From an uncultured Solirubrobacteraceae bacterium (GTDB lineage Bacteria; Actinomycetota; Thermoleophilia; Solirubrobacterales; Solirubrobacteraceae), in contig OY970317.1 in NCBI GenBank assembly GCA_963716535.1, positions 2,480,123-2,544,122 on the forward strand: a stretch of DNA of 64,000 nucleotides, read 5' to 3'. The translations under genes were made by a program, and so were the position numbers. The notes under the pieces were generated by a model. That model saw only the letters and a program-made list of their open reading frames with translations, made no database searches and was not told where the DNA came from. This document shows positions 20,673 to 28,142 of this stretch, piece after piece (position 1 is the stretch's first letter; each line of letters starts with the position of its first letter).

Positions 20673-20968
20673 TGCGACCGCGCGGCTACCGCTCCATAGT
20701 TGGCGAGCCGACGCGCCGGCGTGGTGCTGAGAGCGACCTCATGCACAGGCCGCGCGACGATCGAAAGACACCGACAGCTCAAGCAAGGCAGGTGGTGGGC
20801 GTTGAAGTGCTGTTGCGCGTAAACGGCCGTTTGGTGCCCCTGCCTGACACGGTTGCCTCATCCGACCCTGTGCTGTGGCACTACTGGCAGGCCATCTACG
20901 AGCTGGTGGTGGAGGCTGTGGACAGCGGCAGCCCCTGCATCGTTGACGTGGTGCCGGTGCGGACGTAG
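20672..20968 (+). CDS. Hypothetical protein
   Basis: Translationally coupled (TGATG) to the upstream ORF; start uncertain. Confidence 0.4.
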   Translation: MRPRGYRSIVGEPTRRRGAESDLMHRPRDDRKTPTAQARQVVGVEVLLRVNGRLVPLPDTVASSDPVLWHYWQAIYELVVEAVDSGSPCIVDVVPVRT

Positions 20969-21697
20969 ATGGCGTCTCAGCTCGCACGGTGCCGATGGCT
21001 TGTTCGGTGCGCTCCGCTGGTCGTCTTGGTGGCTGTGGCTCTGTGCCTGATGGTCGAGCAACGCGGGGCCAGCGCACGGACTGACACGCTGGCAGAGACG
21101 CCGTTGTCGCGTGAAGCAACGAAGGACGCCGAAGCTCTTAGCGGCGAAATACTGCGCAGCTATGAGAGCGTGCCGTCACGAGACCGAGAACGTCGAACCG
21201 TTGGCAGCTTCGGGGACAGCTTCTACGGGACTCCGTTGGCGACGGAACTTACGGTGGTCTACTACAGCGGCAAGCACTCCGGGTACATCTTGCAGGCAGA
21301 CTACGCGGAGAACGAGCGACACACGATCAGCCTGGCGCGTGTGACCAATGTGCGTCTCTCAGAGCGGCTACACATCCCTACGGAACCACTTTGGCACGAC
21401 CTCCGGGCGCACTTCTATTCAGTGCTGCTTGAAGCTGCGCATCATGCGCCCCTTGAACGGCACGAGTGGCCGCTCTACTGGAACGTGACCACTGAATACA
21501 TGGATGGGGAGAGTGTCGGGATCGGCACTACCAACTACGGCATAGACCCTGCTACGTGTGACAATCCCCTGCCGGCGAGTGCCTTGGCACCAGTCAATGC
21601 GCAGGCCAAAGAAGTTGTTGAGCTGGCGGTAGCGCATGCACCGATCAGGTTGCCGAAAAGTCTCGTCTCACTGTTTGCGCCGTGTTATCTGCGCTGA
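20969..21697 (+). CDS. Hypothetical secreted protein
   Basis: 242 aa with N-terminal hydrophobic signal-like segment; no recognised motif. Confidence 0.6.
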   Translation: MASQLARCRWLVRCAPLVVLVAVALCLMVEQRGASARTDTLAETPLSREATKDAEALSGEILRSYESVPSRDRERRTVGSFGDSFYGTPLATELTVVYYSGKHSGYILQADYAENERHTISLARVTNVRLSERLHIPTEPLWHDLRAHFYSVLLEAAHHAPLERHEWPLYWNVTTEYMDGESVGIGTTNYGIDPATCDNPLPASALAPVNAQAKEVVELAVAHAPIRLPKSLVSLFAPCYLR

Positions 21698-21741
21698 TGC
21701 TCGGGACAGCTGGGATAGCGTCTGTGTCCGCTAGCATGACT

Positions 21742-22431
21742 CTAGGTGCGAGGTTCGGCACGGTGTCTTGGATGTGTCGGCGTGCTTGTCCCGAGCGGGT
21801 CGAGACTTCCGCGCAGTGGGCTATCCCAGTATTCTAAGTCTGGCCCATCAGGAGTCATCGTATGTTGAATATCCATGAGGGCGGCCATTGCGTTTTGGAA
21901 TGGCCTGATATCGGTGAACTCGTCTCTGTGACGCCGCCATGCTGCCCATCGTCGCACGAAGTCACGCTTATCGTCGCCCTGCGCTCTCCAATAGTAATAA
22001 CCTGATGGTCGATCGCTATCAAGGATTTACCGTCCCATATTCGCGCTGACTCCATAGCATCGTCGTCGCCTGGCTGTCTGTACGAGTCATGTGACCAGGC
22101 GCGATAAATCCACCCGCGCTCGACATCGGTGAACGGTAGAAGTTTGTAGAGCTGCCCGACTCGCCGATAGCGCTTGTCGATAGGTCTTTCCATCCGCTCA
22201 TCAAGGGCATGGGCACCGCAGGAAATCAACCAGCGCACCAAACGCCCGGATATCGCTGTCTCCCCAGAATGGGTCCTCTTTCCAGGATGGGTCCCCGTCT
22301 GGCTCAAAAGGCATTGTTTCTTCACGCCTTTTTATGATGCCCGAATGCAACATACCGGCATAATTGCCTAAGTCGTTCAACAGCAGCGGCAGTCCTCGTC
22401 TTGATATCTCGCCTCCGTGCTCAGCACCCAT
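21742..22431 (-). pseudogene. Trp-rich hypothetical protein (~229 aa) with two compensating indels
   Basis: Three consecutive frames join as ...DFLRC/HALDERMER...IWDGK/ILDSDRPSGYYYWRAQ... if one C is removed (~22210) and one A is added (~22025). Confidence 0.55.
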
Positions 22432-22445
22432 AACAGTGACTACTC

Positions 22446-22463
22446 CTTACCTAATAAGGTAAG
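22446..22463. promoter_or_regulatory. Palindrome CTTACCT-N4-AGGTAAG, candidate operator
   Basis: 7-bp perfect arms in an AT-rich intergenic patch just upstream of the 22431 start. Confidence 0.5.
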
Positions 22464-22512
22464 TATAACATCATTTACTACATAATGCAACCATGAGCTG
22501 TCAACTTGGCTC

Positions 22513-23431
22513 TTACTGGATTATTCCATGCCGCATAGCCATTGCCGCAAGGGGCTGTGCTAAGGTCTTACAGATACGCTCCTCTTTTTCCTCTTGACGA
22601 TGAGGCTTGGAGCGTGGGTCGTGAAGTTCGTTCTCTCTGGAAAATAGATTCCGGCGACTTCGTTGGCGACGCTCATTCAGCGAAAAATAAGCTGCTCCAC
22701 TAAGTTCAAGCAATTCCACCAGACCGGCTTGGATTACAGTGTCCTGCTCGACTTCGCCAATAACCTGTACGAGGAGTCGCGGGTCTGTTGAGCGGGTATA
22801 TCAGCATCAGACATGACAGCTTCTGCCAATTTTGTCAGTAGCGGCACTCTGTTTGTGCTGATGGCTCGTGCAAGACTCTCATTGCGCACTTCCCGCAGCT
22901 CGTCGGCGATCATCTTTACGGCCGCCGTGGTGGCAATAGCGGTCATCGCCAGCTTTGGAGTAGCACTGTCGTCCTGCTCGTCTCGCGGCGGTACGCTGGG
23001 CTGTGTAGACGCGACCGGGCGACTGGCGGATGGTGGTTGTTCTTCTTCGGCCAACCGAACGAGATGGCCAGCAAGTTTTTGAGTAGCTCTTCTCGATCTT
23101 TTCCTCGAAATATTTCACACTGCATTGAAGCCGTTCTGCGGCGTGTGGGCGTGCAGCTTGAGAAATCGCACGGGCTTGACTGGGCCGAGGTCCAGGACCG
23201 CGGTGACAGCTTCGCGATCATTCTCTGGCATGTGTTTGGCGGCTGTCTCAAGCGCCGACACGATCTGATCGATCAGTGCCTCGTCGGGGTTCTCATTGAG
23301 AATGCGTGCGGCGGCCTCCAATGTCGGCGTGGGCTCCTTCCCCCGGCGGCGCACACGTAGCGTCGGACCTTCGCCAGCTCGGCGGCGAGGACGCTTGGAT
23401 CGAGGTTAGTGGTCTGTTGGCTCGTCTCCAT
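22513..23431 (-). pseudogene. Hypothetical ~305-aa protein interrupted by about five indels
   Basis: Frames join as METSQQTTNLDPSVLAAELAKVRRYV/RRRGKE...NAV/KYFEEKIE/ELLKNLLAISF/LAEEEQ...MSDA/YTRSTDPRLL...GIIQ. Two breaks are GTG-to-GTGTG duplications. Net correction of -1 nt gives 918 nt. Confidence 0.5.
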
Positions 23432-23562
23432 AGGCCGGTCGCCTTGGGATGTTATCGGGGGAAACCTGGGGTGTATTCCGACGTTTTTGGCTGCATTTAG
23501 GGGGGTTTGCGCGCTTAGGCTGCTCTGGCTGATGAAGCAATCTCAAAAGGAAGGAGCAACGC

Positions 23563-23880
23563 ATGTCTAAGCTAGCCCGTCGCCCCCCTGAATCGCTCCA
23601 GCCCGTGCTACAGGGACGATCAATACAGGCTGACCCCGTCCTGAATGCGCAGGTGTCCGCAGCGAGGCGAGCTGGCGTCGTCGCTGCTGTCCGCATCCAG
23701 AGCGGAGCTTTTGCAGCCTCAAGCGCCGTCCACCACGCCGCGATGGTCTCTCAGGCGGCAGACACGGCCTTTCGTATTAGTCCCCTCGGCGAGGACACCT
23801 ATCGGATGGTCGTCATGGCGTTCGGCAACTTCGCTAGAGCCGAGATAGAAGGACTCCGCTTCCACGACGGAGAGCGCTGA
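23563..23880 (+). CDS. Hypothetical protein, first gene of putative transfer operon
   Basis: AAGGAG RBS; 105 aa; coupled (TGATG) to the next gene. Confidence 0.75.
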   Translation: MSKLARRPPESLQPVLQGRSIQADPVLNAQVSAARRAGVVAAVRIQSGAFAASSAVHHAAMVSQAADTAFRISPLGEDTYRMVVMAFGNFARAEIEGLRFHDGER

Positions 23881-24119
23881 TGGTCGCCGCTCTGCTGGCT
23901 CTGCTGGCGCTCGCTGGTGTGATCCTGCTGATTCTGTGGTTTCTCTCGCTCGGCGCTGAACCACGACCGTCAGAGCTGGATGCCTACGAAGACGCGGCTA
24001 CACCCTACGTAGAAGCGCTGGACGTGGCCTTTCGCATTCAGCACGCCGCGTGGGAGGCAGAACAGCACATCTACGCCGCAGCGATACGGCACGCCGAAGA
24101 CGATCAGAGGCAGCAATGA
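23880..24119 (+). CDS. Small single-TM protein
   Basis: N-terminal hydrophobic helix; coupled on both sides. Confidence 0.75.
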   Translation: MVAALLALLALAGVILLILWFLSLGAEPRPSELDAYEDAATPYVEALDVAFRIQHAAWEAEQHIYAAAIRHAEDDQRQQ

Positions 24120-24310
24120 CCACGCCGCCGTCTCACTGGTTGGACGGGCTATTGCACAAGGCTCTGACTATTTTTGCCATTGCGCTGCTGTTGTATCTTG
24201 CGGCTCGTCTCATCATCGCAGTGCTGCCGGTTCTGATCGTGGCCGGCGCAGTGGTGCTCGTGGGCTGTGCGGGCTGGTCGATTTATCAGTTTCGGAAGTC
24301 CCGGTGGTGA
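24116..24310 (+). CDS. Small two-TM membrane protein
   Basis: MTTPPSHWLDGLLHKALTIFAIALLLYLAARLI...; ATGA overlap. Confidence 0.7.
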   Translation: MTTPPSHWLDGLLHKALTIFAIALLLYLAARLIIAVLPVLIVAGAVVLVGCAGWSIYQFRKSRW

Positions 24311-24544
24311 GGTATCGACTGACGTTCGCGCCCGTCGTATCGGTGTAGTGAAATGCACACAGCAGTATTGACATAACACGGCTATGTGTTGTTAGCTAGA
24401 AGGTTCCCGTTACTGCCGTAAGTAGTACACGGCCCGCCTGGGAGACGAACGCACCTGAATCACAGTAAGTAGCCCTATCAAAAGGGGGTGGTGCTCTTTG
24501 TGTCCTTTTTTCGGCCCGGTGTGGAACGGAAAGGAGGTACAGCG

Positions 24545-24748
24545 ATGAGTAGGACATATCATCACGGAGAACGCAAAATTAGAGTGAGAGGGGTGAGGCG
24601 GCCGACGGACGTCAAGCGCCTTGCCCGTGCCTTGATCGAGCTGGAGTATCAGGAGGCGCAGGCCGAAGCGGCAGCCGAAGCCGAACACCAAGCCAAGAAA
24701 GGCAAGCAAAGCAAACGTCGGGGCAACGGTCGAGAGGGGCGCTCGTGA
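24545..24748 (+). CDS. Small basic hypothetical protein
   Basis: AAGGAGG RBS; MSRTYHHGERKIRVRGVRRPTDVKRLARALIEL. Confidence 0.75.
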   Translation: MSRTYHHGERKIRVRGVRRPTDVKRLARALIELEYQEAQAEAAAEAEHQAKKGKQSKRRGNGREGRS

Positions 24749-24761
24749 AAACTCCGAGCTG

Positions 24762-26906
24762 GTGTGGTATCGGTTGCGCTGGCCGCGCGAGGTTGAGGCT
24801 GAGCAGGTCACGCAGGTATGCCGGCTGCTGGCGACGGCGGCGGGTGAGCCGGTAATCCTTGAGGTTGGTGGTCGGCCGGGCCAAGTGGAGCATCGGCTGG
24901 CATTGCCCATAGTACGAGCGGGTAGCACTGTCGATCAGCTCCGCGCGGCAATCCCCGGCCTAGCGATCGAGACCCTGAAAGAGCGAACGGTGGTGGCGAC
25001 TCATGCCGTCGAGTTGCGCCTAACCACGCGGCGGCGATCACTGCGGATTGAGGACGTAGTGAGTAGCAGCCGGGCGCTGTTGACGGCGCTCGCGCACCTG
25101 GGCCGGGGCGAGTACCTAACGCTGCAATGGGTACTCGGTCGGACGTTGCCGGCGATGGTCGTGCCGAACCGACTGGTAGGCATCGACCGAGAGACCTGGC
25201 TCGGTGCTCTGCTGGCGGCACCGTTCAGTCCGCCGCAGCCGGTGGACGCGGAAGTCCGAAACGCGCTGCGCGCCAAGCAAGGCGAGCCGGGCTGGCGAGC
25301 GGTCGGCCGTATCGGCGTGATGGCGAAGACAGTCGGTCGTGAACGCCAGCTCGTGCGCCAAGTCGTCGGGGCGCTCGGTAGTACCGGCGCGCCGGGTGTC
25401 AGCTTTTGGGTGCGCCCGACAAGAGCGAGCCGCGTGGCGTCAGCGACGGTCGGCTGGCGGTTTCCCTTGCGTCTGAACGTGCACGAGTTCGCCAGTGTGG
25501 CTGCCCTGCCCGTTGGTCCGACTCGTGATCTGCCGGTGTCGAAGATCGGTAGCCGTCTGTTGCCGCCGCCCCGGTCGATCGGGCGCACCGGGCGGGTGCT
25601 GGCTCAGGCGACGTATCCGAACCGAGAGCGACCGCTGGCGCTGGCCGCTACCGATTCACTACGGCACTTGCACGCCTTGGGGCCAACCGGCGTCGGTAAG
25701 TCCACGCTGCTGTTGAACCTCATCGCCCAGGACATGAGGGCTGGTCGTGCGGTTGTCGTGATTGAGCCGAGGGGAGACCTCATTGCTGATGTGTTGGCGC
25801 GCGTTCCAGCGGAGCGCGTGGCCGACGTGGTGCTGCTCGATCCGACTGACCTCGGACAGCCGGTGGGCCTGAATCCGCTGGCGGCGCAGGGGCGCTCCCC
25901 GGAGCTGGTGGCCGATCAGTTGCTCGGCATGTTCCACGTGCTCTATGCCGCATATTGGGGACCGCGCACGCATGACATTCTCGGGTCGTCGCTGCTGACA
26001 CTGGCGCGGATACCGGGCATGACCTTGGCGGCGCTTGTGCCGCTGCTCACCGATGCCGCATTTCGGCGGCAGGTGGTCGGGCAAGTTGTCGATCCCATCG
26101 GGCTCGGGCCGTTCTGGAGTGCTTTCGAGGCGTGGAGCGATCAGGAACGGGTCACGGCCATCGCGCCGGTTATGAACAAGCTACGGCCGTTGCTGCTCAG
26201 GCCGGAAATGCGGGCCATCATCGGGCAAGCTCGCCCGCGCTTCGGGCTCCAGCAGGTTTTCACAGAGCGCAAGATTCTGCTCGTCAATCTCAGCCGAGGA
26301 CAGCTCGGGCCAGAGACGGCGGCGCTACTCGGCAGTCTCATCGTCTCGCAGCTCTGGCAGGCGGTACTCGGTCGGTCAGCCGTGCCCCGCGAGCGTCGGC
26401 ATCCGGTGTTTGTGGTGCTCGATGAGTTTCAGGACTACCTACATCTGCCGGTAGACCTTGCGGACGCACTGGCGCAGGCGCGTGGTCTTGGCGTTGGCTT
26501 CGCGCTGGCACACCAATACCTGCACCAGCTCGACGCGGGGATGCGCTCAGCGGTGCTCGCTAACGCACAGTCGCGGATCGCCTTCCGGCTGCCAGCCGAG
26601 GATGCTCGCGTGCTCGCCAGCGGCAGCACCCTGGCACCCGAGGACTTCCAGAGTCTCGGTGCCTTTGAGTGCTACGCCCAGCTTGTCGCTAAGAAGGCTG
26701 TGCAGCCGTGGTGCAGCGCGCGTACCTTGCCGGCCGGCGAGTCACTGAGCGATCCGGGCGTTGTTCGGGCAGCGTCCCGTGCGGCCTACGGTGTCGATCG
26801 CGCGAGCGTCGAGGCAGAGCTACGCGAGCTGTTCGTCGGCCGGGCTGAGGGTGACTACAGCGACCTGACACCCCGCCGACTTGGCGACGGAGGCAGCAAT
26901 GACTAG
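24762..26906 (+). CDS. VirD4/TraD-like type IV coupling ATPase
   Basis: Walker A GPTGVGKST, VVIEPRGDL, GLNPL, Walker B LDEFQ, ARGLGVGFALAHQYLHQL. The true start is probably GTG 24745 if one A is missing from the AAAA run at 24748-24751. Confidence 0.88.
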   Translation: MWYRLRWPREVEAEQVTQVCRLLATAAGEPVILEVGGRPGQVEHRLALPIVRAGSTVDQLRAAIPGLAIETLKERTVVATHAVELRLTTRRRSLRIEDVVSSSRALLTALAHLGRGEYLTLQWVLGRTLPAMVVPNRLVGIDRETWLGALLAAPFSPPQPVDAEVRNALRAKQGEPGWRAVGRIGVMAKTVGRERQLVRQVVGALGSTGAPGVSFWVRPTRASRVASATVGWRFPLRLNVHEFASVAALPVGPTRDLPVSKIGSRLLPPPRSIGRTGRVLAQATYPNRERPLALAATDSLRHLHALGPTGVGKSTLLLNLIAQDMRAGRAVVVIEPRGDLIADVLARVPAERVADVVLLDPTDLGQPVGLNPLAAQGRSPELVADQLLGMFHVLYAAYWGPRTHDILGSSLLTLARIPGMTLAALVPLLTDAAFRRQVVGQVVDPIGLGPFWSAFEAWSDQERVTAIAPVMNKLRPLLLRPEMRAIIGQARPRFGLQQVFTERKILLVNLSRGQLGPETAALLGSLIVSQLWQAVLGRSAVPRERRHPVFVVLDEFQDYLHLPVDLADALAQARGLGVGFALAHQYLHQLDAGMRSAVLANAQSRIAFRLPAEDARVLASGSTLAPEDFQSLGAFECYAQLVAKKAVQPWCSARTLPAGESLSDPGVVRAASRAAYGVDRASVEAELRELFVGRAEGDYSDLTPRRLGDGGSND

Positions 26907-26980
26907 CCGTCGCATCGCCCGTCGTATCGCGTTGAGCAGGTGTCACCAAAACACCTGCGTTGATGCAGAAAGCGGTGAAA

Positions 26981-27212
26981 CTTTGGCAACGAAAGATATG
27001 CACTACCGAGTGCAGTTCTTTCCCGTTCGTCGGGTGGCGGCCCGGGCGTGGCTTGTGCCGGGCAAGCTAGAGCCAACGGTCGGCGATCGTCGGCACGGGG
27101 CCAGTGCAGCGGGGGTGCGGCCTTCTCCGTCGCGCGGGGGTGCTCGTCGTGTCGTGTCGGGTTTCCCGGCGGTCCTACCCCTGTCTATTCCTTCCTCTTT
27201 GGCAACGAAAGA
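26981..27212. repeat. Direct repeat CTTTGGCAACGAAAGA x2 (26981-26996 and 27197-27212)
   Basis: Identical 16-mers in the gap between the coupling ATPase and the replication-relaxation gene; each has CTTT...AAAG ends. Confidence 0.8.
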
Positions 27213-27233
27213 AAAGACGCTCAAGGAGCCGGC

Positions 27234-28043
27234 ATGACGGGCAACACTGCGCGGTCATACACGTCGGCGAGGGGGGTGGCACAACTGCGTGAACGCTTGA
27301 GCGAGCGCGACTTGGACGTAATCCGGCAGGTGGCCGAACTGCGGCTGATGAGTGCCCGCCAGATTCAAGCCATGCACTTCCCGCTCGCCCGCCACGAGAA
27401 CGAGCTGGCCGCCACCCGCGCTCGCCAACGAGTGCTGACGAGACTGTGCCGCGACCAACTGCTGGCGGCACTCCAACGGCGGGTCGGTGGAGTCCGGGCC
27501 GGCTCGACGGGCCTGGTGCTCATGCTCGGGCCGCTCGGCCAGCGAGTCCTTGGACTCAGCGGTCGTCGCCGATTGCACGAGCCGGGCCTGCACTTCTTCG
27601 AGCACACGTTGGCCGCGAGCCAGCTCGCCGTAGACGTGAGCGTGGCAGCACAAGCCGGGACGCTGGAGCTACTGAGCCTGCAAGCCGAACCGGCCTGTTG
27701 GCGACGGGCGGCCGACCTGCACGGGCGGCGTTGGCTGCGACCCGATGCCTTCCTAGTGCTCGGCGTCGGTGGCTATGAGCTGCGCTGGTTCTGCGAGGTC
27801 GATCAGGCAACGGAGAGCATCGTGACCGTGCTCGGCAAGTGCCGGCTCTATGTGGCCTATCGGCAAACAGGTCGTGAGCAGGCCGAGGGCGGCGTCTTTC
27901 CCCGCGTCTGCTGGATAACACCAGATGAAACGCGGGCTGAGCGGCTACGCGAGGCTATCGAGCACGACCGCCAGTTGCCGGCCCAGCTATTCGTCGTGAC
28001 GACAAGCGAACGGGCCGTAATCACGCTCTGTTCGATCAAGTGA
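27234..28043 (+). CDS. Replication-relaxation family protein (Replic_Relax-like)
   Basis: N-terminal wHTH (LSERDLDVI..V...RLMSARQI..MHF), HTLA, LRPDA and FCEVDQATE PD-(D/E)xK-like motifs; AAGGAG RBS. Confidence 0.85.
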   Translation: MTGNTARSYTSARGVAQLRERLSERDLDVIRQVAELRLMSARQIQAMHFPLARHENELAATRARQRVLTRLCRDQLLAALQRRVGGVRAGSTGLVLMLGPLGQRVLGLSGRRRLHEPGLHFFEHTLAASQLAVDVSVAAQAGTLELLSLQAEPACWRRAADLHGRRWLRPDAFLVLGVGGYELRWFCEVDQATESIVTVLGKCRLYVAYRQTGREQAEGGVFPRVCWITPDETRAERLREAIEHDRQLPAQLFVVTTSERAVITLCSIK

Positions 28044-28142
28044 CAGACTAACTATGAACACGAAAGGGGGTAGCAATATGAGAGAAATAGTATTGACTAA
28101 ATGTAGTATACTTAACAACATTAGGAGTGAATATAGACCGCG

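Noticed and set aside
24368-24400. TTGACA promoter upstream of the 24545 gene
   Set aside because: The -35 is perfect but no convincing -10 lies at 16-18 bp spacing.
26881-27237. 118-aa ORF between the coupling ATPase and the relaxase
   Set aside because: No recognisable motif, atypical composition, and it covers the repeat-bearing candidate origin; treated as non-coding.
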